In this document: positions 13,161 to 25,546 of the stretch, piece after piece
Layout of the letters: every line of letters begins with the position of its first letter
Position numbering within the stretch: the first letter of the stretch is position 1
Source: Salisapilia sapeloensis CBS 127946
Lineage: Eukaryota > Protista > Oomycota
Assembly (NCBI GenBank): GCA_023334545.1
Contig: JAADVB010000055.1
Location: 23,996-87,995, forward strand
DNA: 64,000 nt
Direction of reading: 5' to 3'
Position numbers and translations under genes: made by a program
Notes under the pieces: generated by a model
What the model saw: the letters and a program-made list of their open reading frames with translations, nothing else
The model's database searches: none
What the model was told of the DNA's origin: nothing

Positions 13161-14154
13161 ATGGCGACTCCTTCGGCGTACAAGCATGTTCGGAAGCTTT
13201 TAGTCGGGCTAGGAAATCCGGGGAAGAAATTTGACGGCACCAGGTAAGTTTAATTGCACGCTTATAGCCCACATCTAGCGTTTCTGATGGATACTGCTGG
13301 CATGAAGCACTCTTTTGGAGATGGAAAAGATGCTAACAATGCTTTCATTTGCTCTCTATGTAGGCATAATATTGGCAATGCCGTGGTGAGTCATTTTCTA
13401 GAGACTTATGCCCAACAAGTGCTGGTATACTTGAAAATTACATTTATGCTGGTGCTTCGTCTAATGAGATCTATAACAGGGCACTAGTCTATCCTTTCGA
13501 CACGAATCCAATTGCCATGGAGACTTGTGCAAGTTCTCTCTTCCATTTCAGCATTCAATTGATCCTGGTGACCGCACGTCTCCCATTGACGACCTCATCA
13601 GCAAGTCATCAACACGTCGACGAGCAAAGACGATCGAAGAAGGCGTGCCTCACGCACAAGTTAACGTCGCTCTCTTGCTGCCTACCACGTACATGAACCG
13701 CAGTGGAGTTGCAGTCCGGTCGTTTATGCATACTCACCAGTGGCGTCTAAAGCGAAATCCTCTGTCATTGTCAACATCGAGCGACGAGCTCTTGGTCATA
13801 GCTGACGACGTTGCACTACCCTTTGGTACATGCCGATTCAAGCCGAAGGGAGGTGCCGGTGGTCAGAATGGACTAAAGGATGTCATCAAGAGCGCTGGAA
13901 CTGAGCGATTTGGACGGCTGAAGATTGGTGTGGGCGCACCAGAGTGGTTTACAGGAGGTACAGGTGCACCTCCTGGTACTGCAATGGACAAGTTTGTCCT
14001 CTCTCGCTTCAATGCCGACGAGCAGGACCAATTGCCAAAATTGCTCGAGTACACGAATGAGCTCTTGCGATTGTACCTGCATCGAGGTCTTAGTCAAGCA
14101 GCGACAGTTTCCAATAGCATGCAGCTAGAAGACTTCCGGAAGATCGCAGTATAG
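13161..14154 (+). CDS. PTH1: Peptidyl-tRNA hydrolase (Pth1 type), multi-exon
   Basis: LLVGLGNPGKKFDGTR|HNIG, LLLPTTYMNRSG, VIADDVALPFG, GGAGGQNGLKDVI, RLKIGVG, FVLSRF motifs. Confidence 0.9.
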
Positions 14155-14230
14155 AAAAATAGAGTCGAAGTTCGAGCGTCAAATTGTAGTTGATTACGCG
14201 ATACAACAATCCGTCACAAACTATCTCGCC

Positions 14231-15357
14231 ATGTCAAGGAATGAGGAGACAGCGATGCCGCCGCCGCCGGTGCTGATGGAGCGATATGATCCGAACGATG
14301 CGATCAAGCTGCTGGTCATTCAGGCAATAGGCTTGACGCTGGCAGTCCAGCTCACGGGAAGTTTGGAGGAGCATTTCGCACCAGAGCTGCAGGATCCGAC
14401 GTTTGTGAATAAGTGTGTCATTGTTGTATATAGCTATATTCGGACGTTGGCAGCTGACCTCCTGCTTTTCAATTGATAAGATCGATCGGGTCATTGTTGT
14501 CCATTTATTTTGCTATCTCCTTCGTCTTCCGCTTCGTCAATGAAGGTATTTCCACTAAAATTTCGGACAAGTAATGGACTTCTTAGCTATTTGCACTCCA
14601 TCCGACGATTAGGATCGCATGTCTTGTACGACGCAATGTGGGTTTGCAACGCCGCCATTGTCCTTGTTATTCATGGGCTATTCACTGGCAGACCATTCTT
14701 CGCTGGACTTGCTGTAAGATCCGAGTTTTACACTCTGTTGTCGGAAAATTAAGTCTTTTGGACATGGATACGTAGATGGCAAGCGTATCTGGCTATCAGC
14801 TATTCTTCATATTTGACCTCATCACGTATTGGTCGAGTGGGCGTACCAATTTCGGAACTTTACAGCATATCTTCGAGTCCGAGAACAAGTCAACACTCAA
14901 ATGGGTGTTTGCATCTCATCACGTCTGGTTCCTACCACTCTGCTTCTACGTATGCTGCTATTTATGAGCTACTATCCGACTTTCAGTTAATATCTATATC
15001 TTGTAGGTGACCATGGGACATGGAGGCATGCATGAGTCAAGTTTCTCGGCCTCCTTCTTGCTCATCTTTTATCTCATCGCCTACAGTCGACTCACGTCTC
15101 CGTTCGAAGTGAAGCTTGAGGGCGAGGACCGACCACTATATGTCAATGCAAACTGCGCCTACGAGTTCTATGAAGCAAAGTCCATCCCCTTCCTTCACGC
15201 TCTCGACCACTGGCACCCTGGTATCTACATACCTTACGTGACCATTGTAGGCAACATTTTCATAAACGGAGTACCGCACATGCTCGTGCTTGGGATTGCA
15301 CTGACGCTGCGATTCCATCCGCTTATCGTTGGATTTGACCAAGACAAAAGCGAATGA
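14231..15357 (+). CDS. Multi-pass membrane protein of unknown function (multi-exon)
   Basis: Successive same-strand ORF fragments (14231, 14510, 14776, 15007) are rich in hydrophobic helices and separated by GT-AG-bounded gaps. No family recognised; exon borders approximate. Confidence 0.6.
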
Positions 15358-16498
15358 ATAGGCGAAAAAGGATACACTTTTACGTTCGAATTTGCTCTTC
15401 AGACTTGTTCCTCATCGTTTATTCCTTCGCTAACTTCTTCTCAAGTGGCGGTTGTGGGCATTAAATATCTGCTTTAAACCGCAGAAAACTCTGCAATTAG
15501 TGTCGTTGATGAACAGTTGTAGATTTTCATGTCAATCGCTCCCGTCATATCTATATCCTCCACTTTATAGAGAGCACTCTTTCGGACTAAGACTCGACCA
15601 GAAAAAATCGTTTGCTCTGCAGAGATAGCAGTAGTGCAGACATGTAAAAAAGCAGACTTGCATTCTTGTTGAATTCATCTTCGGGATAATAAAAGTATGC
15701 TTGGAAACTATGTTGGGCCGGACATGATGCAGGACACTTCAAAATGTAAGCAGACACTCATGATCTTTCCTCTTTATAACAACATTCCATCTGATAACAG
15801 AGCTAATGTCAGTACGCTAAACGTGAACTTAACCAGCAAATATATGAGATGAGGACTTCATTTTCGTGCCGAAAAAGATTCTATGTGGTAACTTTAAAGT
15901 CAAAATTTAAGTTACTTTTAAATTCTTTACAAGCATCAAGCTTTTGTTTGTGGTAAAAGCCTGGGATGCCACTTTAGGTAGCTCTGGATAGCGTCAAGTA
16001 TAAAGCAGTCAACGCAAAAGTCAGTAGTACTTGACGCGATACTGCTAGGTTATAATTGTTGTGTCCTACTAAGCCATGCAATCAGCCTCACGTTTTAAAT
16101 CTTTATTGTTAAAGTAGGTGTCCGTTTTACATATATCAAGGTAAAAGATCAAGCTTCCATGAGGAAGTCGGGTTCACCTGCCTAGCCAAAATTTTTGTTC
16201 ATCAGGGATGGAGTGCTTGCCATATCTACATCAAATTCAAGCAGTGCATTGCAACCATCTTTGCTATTCTTCAGCCTTAGCAACGATATCATTGCATTAT
16301 CGACTCGTTTGAAAGTCTCGGGATAGAGACACCACTTAGACATATCAGAATCCTGCTTAACCAAACGCAATCCTAGCTATTGGTAAACAATTTGAAAGCA
16401 CAGCGACTCCAGCTTTCAACGGTGAGGCTGAAAGCTCAAAGAAGATGGTAGGATGCCTGGTCTAGATCATTTTAAATAGACTGCACAACAAATTCTGA

Positions 16499-18919
16499 TT
16501 ACTTCTTCGGGTGCATGTCTTGAAGGCTTTCTTCCACTACGACGACGGGTTGGTCTTGAAGCTTTATACGTCGAAGTCTACGGTTAATTTTACGCATAAA
16601 GCGGTCAGGACGAGGGTGGCGAACTGTGCCGTTATGACCGCCCACCCATCTTCGTCCACGTTTAGGAATGTGAGGCTTTCTAGGGGCTTCTACTGCTTGT
16701 ATGTTAACAGTTTGGTTCGAAGGCATAGCTAGCTTTTCCAGCAATTCTTCTTTTGCAATTTGAATCTGCTTCATTGTTGATAGCGGCTTAATTTCTTTCG
16801 TTAATCCACTGTAATACAGTGTCTGCAAGTTCTCTGTAAAGTTTCCACGCCGTATACGATCGATCTTTACATTGCTTGCTTCAGTATCTGTATCGCCACC
16901 GCATTCCTCTGCTATCCCTTCTCGAAGCGTCTTGATTATTGAAAGCGCTGAGGTATCAACACACCCAATATCGTTGTGGCATTCAGGTGATAGTAACTCC
17001 GTAGTTGTGTATGTGCAGTCTTCACCATTATTATGATGTAAAGGTGGTAGTTCTGTCACAGGAATGCGATCTCCTTCTACTCTACGACTACTGCTAATTG
17101 AGGGCTTTGGCTTAAAGTTATCAGCGACAAAGCTTGCATTGCTTATCGATGACAATCGCTTTCGATCGGATTCTGAGATAACTATGGTCGACAACCGGTT
17201 TCTCTCTGCAACAGCAAATCTTTCGTCGTGTGTCGTGGTCAGGAGTGGTGTTTCGTCATTTACTAGATCTACATGATCTTTTTGGGCTAGTCTTAGGGTA
17301 TTCTTCACGGCCATTATGCGAGCCCGGAGTGCTGGAGATCTCTTAGACTGAAATAATTTCTTCTTTTTCTGAGCTTTATCTGCTTGCTTTTGCTGCAACG
17401 TAATCAGCGCAGCACACTCAATGTCTCCAGTCAAATGCTCTTGACTACCACACCATCCGCAAATACACTTCGCGTCAATCATCATATCCTTGGTAGATCT
17501 GTAATCCATGCAGAATATTCAGAGGGTAACTATTAACGTAGGGAGCCTATAACTTACAGAGTTATGACGAGCCCAGGGTGGGCGAGAGCCATTGCCATCC
17601 GGGTTTGTCGCCAAGAATCCCTAGTGTTTTTGATCCATCGCAACTTCTGAAGTGTTTCTTTAATAAATGCAATGCCTTGAAGAGAAAAATAATCGCGATA
17701 GGTTTCTCGCTACCCATTCAGTCACTTCTTTTTTCATTCATGTTGGGAAATAAATACACATATGCACACTTACATCCATGACGAGCACCTTGACGTCCGT
17801 TATTGCGAAGAGGTCGACAGTACTCGCGACCTTGCCTGTAATTATCGGTAACTCATTGCAAACATCATGATCTTGATACAAATTGGTTTCCACAGCAATT
17901 TTTCTTTTTGGTATCTCAATTCTAGACCGTCGAACTGTACCTGGAATTGTGACTCGTTCCGATTGTCGAGACAGCGACTCCTCTACTGCGGTGCACTTCA
18001 CCACTTTCCCATTCGCATTAACATGTTGAATAATCGGCACGCTTTCTTGGACAACTCCTCCGAAAATAAAGAATAGGCAATTTGCCTCCGCTCCAACGCG
18101 AGCCAAGTAAGATCCTGCGGGAAATTCAGCTGAACGTAGACGGTTAGAAAGTCGAGAAAGCTCCCCGTGTGGCCATTTATCGAGAAAGAAAAAAGTCTCA
18201 AGTAGCTCTACTGGTGTAAAGTCTAGTTGATCGGAGTTGTTCACTCGGATAAGGCGTTGGTAGGACCCTCGTTTGAGACAAATAAACGATGTTGGTACAT
18301 CACATTTAATTGTGCATGAGCGTTTGGCCGTTGGGTCTAAAATGGCTACTTCGCCAAACGTACCACCGACTCCTATATGTTTCAGGAAGGTTCCAAAGTC
18401 TTCTGGTATTTCCTCTACCCTGCTATCTCGTCGTTGGCGATCAGTCTCTCCTGCAAGTGTATTTGCCGAGTTGCGCCGATGAATACGTAGTCGTTCTCCT
18501 TTGCTGTTTATAAATAAGGAGACAGATCCTTCAATGATGATAAAGAATGTATCGCCAAAGTCTCCTTGACGGCATACGATTCCATCTGTGGGTAGTTCGA
18601 GTAGCGTCATCTCCCGACAAATAGTTTTACAAACGATCTCCTGAGCACCTTTGAAAATGTTTGTGTTCAAGGCATTCTGTAGAACGTAGTTATACAGGGT
18701 GTCAATGTCTTGTGGTTCACGCGCTTCGGGTATTTTGACCAAGATAGAACGGAGCTGTCGAATCTCTCGCTTCCTCTCCTGCTCATCCAGCGTCGGTGGT
18801 ATGTACTCGTCTAGTTGTTGTTGGATTTGCTCCAGAAATGAATCTCGACGAGTGGATGCCTGTCTTGGGGCTTGACGGGATCTTGGATAGAGCAGTACGG
18901 ATGGAGATGCATCAGTCAT
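16499..18919 (-). CDS. Tandem cyclic-nucleotide-binding domain protein with a CCHC-like knuckle (3 exons)
   Basis: IVCRQGDFGDTFFIIIEGSV, GGTFGEVAIL...KRSCTIKC and a second cNMP-like unit (YLARVGAEANCLFFIFGGVV). Splicing VLVMD|RETYR...LVITL|STKDMMIDAKCICGWCGSQEHLTGDIEC joins the 16499-17509 ORF. ATG at 18919 (track start is TTG). Confidence 0.78.
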
Positions 18920-19200
18920 TTGATCTATCCTCAAGTATCTGGCTTCTCATGCGCCAACCTTGTTGCTTTTCTATCTTTAGATTCCTAAATCGGTATTATT
19001 AACCAACGGTCTATCTCTATGGATGGATGTCTTTGAGCATGCTCTACTGCTAGATGAGCTACAACGAGATTTGCATAGAAGACGTAGATGCCCAATTCGC
19101 CAGCTTCAATACATCTTCAATAATGTATGCACTTTTGTAATGACTGATGTAGATTTGCAACTTAATTGAAAACCACGAAAAGTAGAATCAAAGCCATACG

Positions 19201-19734
19201 ATGTCCCTGTCGCTAGATCAGTCCTCCAGCGCCGAGTTCCTGCGCTTCCTAGCACGGTTCACCGGTGTATCAACGGCGTCTGCTGCCCGTGGACCTGTCC
19301 GCATTCGTGTGGGAAAGAGTACGGACCTATACCAGCCGACAGCAATCGCAAGGGCTCTCGCGAGGCAAGCGGATCGTGAGGATGAGCTCTGCGGTGCTTC
19401 TCCGCTCGAAATTGCCCTTGTCGCGCAATGGCTTGACGTATCCATGCATGCCATTTCAGACAACAACAAAGATTTATTGAAGCAGCTTTCGGAGAAGTTG
19501 GAGCAGCGACTGCAGACTCGGACGTATGTTGCTGCGGAGCGAGTGACCCTCGCCGATGCTGCATTATTCTGGGCGTTGAGAGAAAGCTTGGTGAAGATGA
19601 AAGCGGGCGACAAAAAGAATCTTCCGAACGTCTGCCGCTGGTTTGACCAGGTTCAGCACACGGCTGGAGTGCGAGGCTTTCGCGACATGGAGCTCGTCCA
19701 GTTCGAGCGCAAGCCCTTCGTCATTGCCATGTAA
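19201..19734 (+). CDS. GST-C-like small protein (eEF1E1/AIMP3 or Arc1p-N-like)
   Basis: AIARALA, ALVAQWL, LEQRLQTRTYVAAERVTLADAALF and PNVCRWFDQVQH fit the GST-like domain of aminoacyl-tRNA synthetase complex cofactors. Confidence 0.7.
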   Translation: MSLSLDQSSSAEFLRFLARFTGVSTASAARGPVRIRVGKSTDLYQPTAIARALARQADREDELCGASPLEIALVAQWLDVSMHAISDNNKDLLKQLSEKLEQRLQTRTYVAAERVTLADAALFWALRESLVKMKAGDKKNLPNVCRWFDQVQHTAGVRGFRDMELVQFERKPFVIAM

Positions 19735-19867
19735 GCGAAAGGCGGAGGATAATCCATAATTCAAAATCAGTTGATGCCAGATTTGTCGTAAATTTTAGGA
19801 TCCGTTTCTTGTCCTTCGTGCTAGTCGCTGAAACGCCTCCATTTGGCATTCTTTCACTCAAAAGAGG

Positions 19868-21124
19868 ATGAAGTCACCAGTGCATACTTCAGACGCGACA
19901 TCATCGACATCGTTCCCGTCTCCATCCAAAACGTTGGTCTCGACTGCTCAAAATGTTGCTCGTGATGTATCCATTACGTGGTCGATTCCAAAGCCCGATG
20001 GTATCCTTCCACGTGCCAGAGGAGGCCACTCGACTGTCGTTCTTGGAACTCTGCTCATAGTCTTCGGAGGTCATTACTTTAGCGGTCACGGTATCTTTGA
20101 GTATTTAAACGACATTCAGTGTCTTGATTTGGAAACGTTGACTTGGAGGGAAATCTTGGATCCTACGTCGACAGTCAACGCTAGGCGTATCAAGGATGGG
20201 AATTTAATTGTACCGGCTCCACGCTATCATCACTCAGCTGTGCTTGTGAACGACGAAACCAAGATGGTTATCTTTGGAGGTCGAGGGCGTGATGGTGTGC
20301 TTTATAACGACGTATACGCGCTCGATCTGACCACTTGGACATGGCAAGAACTTAACGCTTCCGGACCAGTGCCACCACCACGATTCGGTCATGGATGTAC
20401 CACTTGCTCTGACGATACAAGCATAGTCCTGTTTGGCGGATGGGATGGTAAACGGAGCATGGGTGACTTGTGGGTCTTTGATACTTTGGCTATGAAATGG
20501 GTAAAGCCGAAGGCTCATGGGAAGGCGCCGACACCGAGACAAAACCATGCCACAGCAGTTGTTCCTGGAACGTCAGACATTGTTGTCGTCGGAGGGTATA
20601 CAGTCCAGCCTTCCGCCGATACGCACATTCTACCCGTGTACAACCGCGACGCATTCTTCCTGAATACAAAAACGTTTACATGGACACGCCCTAGGATTGT
20701 TGGCGAGTACCCGACTGCGGCATTCGGTCATAGTCTAAACTTTGATGACGATCTAGCTTTTATGCTCGGGGGATGGTCTGGCACAGAGCGGTCGCCTCTT
20801 TTCATGGGCGACTCGCAAGTGCATCAGATGGCAAAGATGCTAGCGAGAGAAGAGAAGCTTTCCAATGGCGTCGAGTCCGCCGAGTCTCATCAGCAGACTC
20901 TCAAAGAGCTCCGAAAGGCGTCTGCACATATAAGGATTTTGGACATGAGTGCCAGCACGAGGCAGTGGATTCGACCAACGATGAAAGGTAGATATATCGA
21001 AAACCGGTACGGACACACGTGCAGTATCGTTGGTCCAACCATTTTTATCTTTGGAGGTTGGGACGGCAATCGAGCTCTAAATCAGCTTGTCATAGGCGAG
21101 TTCAGAGTGCACGAAAGGAAATAG
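19868..21124 (+). CDS. Kelch-repeat protein
   Basis: Repeated kelch units: PRARGGHSTV..VFGG, PRYHHSAV..IFGG, PRFGHGC..LFGGWDG, PRQNHATA..VVGG, NRYGHTC..IFGGWDG. Confidence 0.87.
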   Translation: MKSPVHTSDATSSTSFPSPSKTLVSTAQNVARDVSITWSIPKPDGILPRARGGHSTVVLGTLLIVFGGHYFSGHGIFEYLNDIQCLDLETLTWREILDPTSTVNARRIKDGNLIVPAPRYHHSAVLVNDETKMVIFGGRGRDGVLYNDVYALDLTTWTWQELNASGPVPPPRFGHGCTTCSDDTSIVLFGGWDGKRSMGDLWVFDTLAMKWVKPKAHGKAPTPRQNHATAVVPGTSDIVVVGGYTVQPSADTHILPVYNRDAFFLNTKTFTWTRPRIVGEYPTAAFGHSLNFDDDLAFMLGGWSGTERSPLFMGDSQVHQMAKMLAREEKLSNGVESAESHQQTLKELRKASAHIRILDMSASTRQWIRPTMKGRYIENRYGHTCSIVGPTIFIFGGWDGNRALNQLVIGEFRVHERK

Positions 21125-21148
21125 AAACGAGTTGTCATCTAATCGAGT

Positions 21149-23673
21149 CTATTCTAACCTTTCGATTGCTTCCTTCATCTCATTTGCAAACGTATCCAAC
21201 GACTTGGTGCCGTGCACCTGATTGTCTCTTGTACGCACATTCACTTCCTTTTGCTCTCGCTCGCGATCACCGACCACCAGTATGTAGTTGTATCCACTGA
21301 GCTGAGCTTCTCGCACCCGCTTGTTCAGCGTCTTGCTACCTGCCTGTACGTCCACATAGACTTCTCCTAGCTTATCTAGAAGCGTCTGCTGTACTTGATG
21401 TGCGTACTCGGCATGGTTTTCCGAAATGGGCAGGACGGCGACTTGGCGCGGACTCAACCACAGCGGCCACTTGCCTCCAGTGTGCTCGATCAGAATCGCC
21501 ATCATGCGTTCGACGGAGCCCAGGACAGCTCGATGGACGATAATGGGCGTGTGCTCCTGTCCATCTGCTCCGTCATAGGTAAGCCCAAAGTTACGCGGCA
21601 GTTGGAAGTCGAGTTGAATGGTACCGCACTGATGCTTGCGTTGGAGCGCATCTGTGACAGCGACATCGATTTTAGGACCGTAGAAAGCACCGTCTCCAGC
21701 GTTTAGCTTCCACGGCGCACCAAATTCTGTTAGAGCTTGCTTCAGTTGCGTCTCAGCGTCATCCCACGTCTCGACGTCACCCATGAACTGGTCCGGTCGG
21801 GTGGAAAGCCTCAGCTCGAATTCGAAACCAAAGACGCCGTAGACGTGCTGAATAAAGTCTAGACACTGCCGAATTTCCTCCTGCACCTGGTCCGACCGAC
21901 AGAAGATGTGGGCATCATCCTGGTGGAATCGACGGACGCGTGTGAGACCTGTAAGCGCACCAGACGCTTCGTTCCGGTGTAAGGCGGAGAAATCTGCCAG
22001 TCGCACTGGAAGCTCTCGGTAGCTGTAGCTCTTGCTCTCTTTAAACAAAAGACAGTGACCAGGACAGTTCATGGGTTTGAGGCCGAATCCCTCTGCGTCC
22101 GAGTGGTCGTGGACGACACCTTGAGAGACCATGAACATGTCATCCTGGTAGTTTTGTAGATGACCTGACGTCTCCCACAGTTCCTTTTTAAAGATCAATG
22201 GCGTAATTACTTCCTCATATCCTCGCTTCTTGTACTGGTTTCGGATGAAAGTGGTCAGTTTATTAAACACACGTGTGCCGTGCGGTAGGAAGAAAGATGA
22301 TCCAGGACTGAGCTGATGGAAGAGGAAGAGACCTTGGTTTTTCCCGATGATGCGATGGTCTCGCTTCCGAGCCTCTTCCTGCAGGTGATTGTACTCTTTC
22401 AACTCCGACTTGGACGGGAATGAGATGCCGTAGACACGCTGGAGAAGTTCTTCCCCGTCCTTCCAGTGAGAAGCGCCGCAACGAGTGATGTCAAACGCAG
22501 TCAAGGCACCTGGCAAAAAGATATACTTGTTAGAGACGAGGAAAGAAAAGAGAAGGATAAATTGTCTGTCCAAGTGTAGCTCATCGGTACCATTACCAAG
22601 TACGAGAGATGTTCTTAAGACATATTCATGTAGGGTAGTGGTCACTGGGCATGAGAGCGAGTGGTAGCTGGGTGTAGCTGCTCTCCTGCCCGAAAAGCAT
22701 GCTCATAAGAACAGCACACCTCCCCAATAGTAGATCTCTGCACATGAATTACCTGTATGAGGGACGTGAGGTCCTCTGCACAAGTCAATAAAAGGACCAC
22801 AACGGTACAAAGTGACTTCTTCATCTTCCGGAATATTGTCCAGCATCTCTCGCTTGAAGGATGAGTAGGCAAATATTTCTCGAGCAAAGTCCCGTGAGAC
22901 GAGGAGTCTCTCAAAAGGCTGCCTAGCCTTGACAATCCGCTTCATCTCCTTTTGAATAGCTGGAAAATCTGTTTCAGATACTGTCCGGCCGTCTTGAAGG
23001 AACATTTCGTAGAAGAAACCGCCTTCCTCGAGGGCAGGACCATCACATAGCCGAACTTTGTCGCCATAATACGCCTCCAATGCCTATTACATGTCAAACG
23101 AAAGAGTTAATGGCCATTAAAACTCAGGATACAATCAATAAAGCAAGATACCTGTCCGAGAACGTGTGCTGATGAGTGCCAAAATACGTGCTTTCCCTCG
23201 TCGCTCGAGAAGCTGCCATCAAGTAATAAAGTAGCACGTTAGGCATCAAAAGTATTGGTGGCCTCAGTATGAAGCCAATAGTGGCAACGAATCGTAGGAG
23301 CTTGTACTTACTCGAGCAGCTCAATGTCGGATGATGCTTGGAGTGGCCGATTGAGATCGACAATGTGCCTTCCGTCCACCTTGGCAGCTACTGCTTGGAA
23401 CTTTGGAAGACCATTTTCTCGCATACGTGACAGGATGTCAATCGGAGTGCTCTCATTAGCCTCCCCAGTGAAATTAAATGCTTCGGATGCGTTAGGAGCA
23501 TGGACACGCAACTCAATTGGTCCTGCATTGGTACTCTGAAGCAGTTGCTGCTGCTGCCTTGCAACTTCTTTTTCCCACAAACTGATACGGCTATTCGCAA
23601 ATGTAGTTAGACATCGGGAAACGCGTCCTGTTTGGAGCACACGCCTCCGAAGTGCCACTGCAAGCTGCTGCAT
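21149..23673 (-). CDS. TARS: Threonyl-tRNA synthetase, probably mitochondrial (multi-exon)
   Basis: Editing-domain FWHSSAHVLG and DLCRGPH; catalytic LWETSGH, KPMNCPGH, HRNEASGALTGLTRVRRFHQDDAH, FYGPKID, GSVERMMAILIEH; anticodon domain WLSPRQV. The R/L/A-rich N-terminus MQQLAVALRRRVLQTGRVSRCL (ATG 23673) looks like a presequence. Confidence 0.95.
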
Positions 23674-23805
23674 GCCAGATCGGGAATTGTTTGTCAAAGT
23701 TGTTGTCTCCACATATCATTTTCATCAATCATAGGCCTTCTGGAGGAATAATAGCCAATTGGAATCGACACGAGAACGAAAGTACGTACACCAAAACTGG
23801 AGCCG

Positions 23806-25488
23806 ATGAGTGAAGCGAATGAGGATAAAGACACAGGTGACTTTGCCATCTACAACCCACTCAAACACATCCGGAAGCGTCCTCAATACGGTAGGCTTCC
23901 TAGCATTTCAAACTAGATGTGACAGTAGTGTAAATGAACCTAGTGACACCGTACTGATGGCTACATGAACAGTGACACTGTCGTCCTCGTCCTCGTCTTC
24001 AGACGACGAGTCAGACTTAAATAGTCAGACCCCACCGAAGAGCCGAAGGCAAAGCTGGAAGAGAAGCAAAACAGAGGAGGTGCATGTCGTAGATGATACT
24101 ACTTCTAGCGCCACTTCCAACGATCAGAACCCTGGCACAGGTACTTTTGACGGCATGGACGTTGATAGATACGTCGTAACATGTACCACTTGTGTAGTAG
24201 TACTGGATGAAGAAGGAGACTCGGTATTCACAGCTGACAATATCTACACGGAGGAAGAGCGGGAAGAGGAGCGGAGGCGACTGGAAAGGGAGGAGCGTGA
24301 AATTCAGAAAACGCTGTCGCAAGACAAACTCTTGAACCAGACCAAGTCCATCATCGACAAGTACAAGACGACTCAGACGGTAGTGGCAGGTGACGAAAGC
24401 TCTGATTCGGATGGGTTTGAGGTGGTCGACGCGCCAGCAGAGGAAACTCTAGCAGCACCAAAGGTAGAAAAGGAACCAGTGGTATCAGTAGCTCGTCTCG
24501 GAGAAAGACTCACCATTTCCGTTCGGGCTAATGGAGACGACAGCAAGAAGGACGAGTTGGACATTTACAAGGTACATATTATTAGGGCGCAGGACTGTAT
24601 GAACGAAAGCTGACGAGCTTGCGACTGTAGAAGCAAACGTTTGACATGCTGTACCAAAGCTATTGTGAACTGCATGGTCTGCCTCGATCAGCTGTATTGA
24701 TGAGTTTTGATGGCGTGCCTCTGAACATGAATAGCACGCCGGAAGACGAAGACATGGAAGCAGGAGACTTGGTGGAAGCCAAGGCCAACTTTTCGCTTGC
24801 CAGTAGTAAGTCGAAGAAGACGTTTGTCCGACTGAAAGTGGTGGTCAAAGGCAGAAGACCAGAGTACTTTAAGATTGACGAGGTATACACTAGTGACGAT
24901 CTTGTAGCGTTATCGGAACCAATGGGTTGAGTAGAAACTGCCGATGGAGAAACTACGGGCGGCCTTTTGCAAGAAACACAGCATCGACCGAGTAGACAAG
25001 GTGGAACTGGAGTTGCTTGGCGATCCGATGGAGATGTCGAGAAGCATTGCGTCCTACAAATTTGAGCCGGAGGACGAGATCAATGTCAAGCTGGCAGACG
25101 GCGTCGAGATCACAGAGAGGCCGAGGACATTAGAGGGGAAAGCGAAGAAGGAAGAGGGAATGGTATCAATCACACTCCGCTTCCCAGATGGCAAAAAAGA
25201 GCAGCATTATATACGTCGTGTACGTTTACATACGCTTGAAGGTCATTGAGGCACTGATAGATGGTGTGTAGGAGTGGAAGGTGGATGTATTGATGGAAAA
25301 GGTGGCGAATGCAAGAGGCGTGCCGGCATACAAAGTAGAGTTGTCCCTCGACACCGAGTTCCTATCATCCGTCGACAGCTTCGAGGTACATGATCTCGTA
25401 CGTACTACGTCATTACATGTACGTGACTCTGGTGTAGGAGTATGAGCTCGCAGAGGGGGAAGTGCTAAGTGTGAAGATTTTGCCTTGA
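23806..25488 (+). CDS. Rad60/Esc2/NIP45-like protein with tandem SUMO-like domains (multi-exon)
   Basis: Acidic low-complexity N-terminus, then three ubiquitin-fold-like units: LTISVRA...LYQSYCELHGLPRSAVLMSFDGVPLNMNSTPEDEDMEAGDLVEA; VRLKVVVKG...KLRAAFCKKH; VSITLRFPDG...ELAEGEVLSV. ATG 23806, TGA 25486-25488. Confidence 0.72.
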
Positions 25489-25546
25489 CCATGTGCACCG
25501 CCCACTCATCTACACTTTTTCCTTTCTTCCTACCCTCCACTACATT

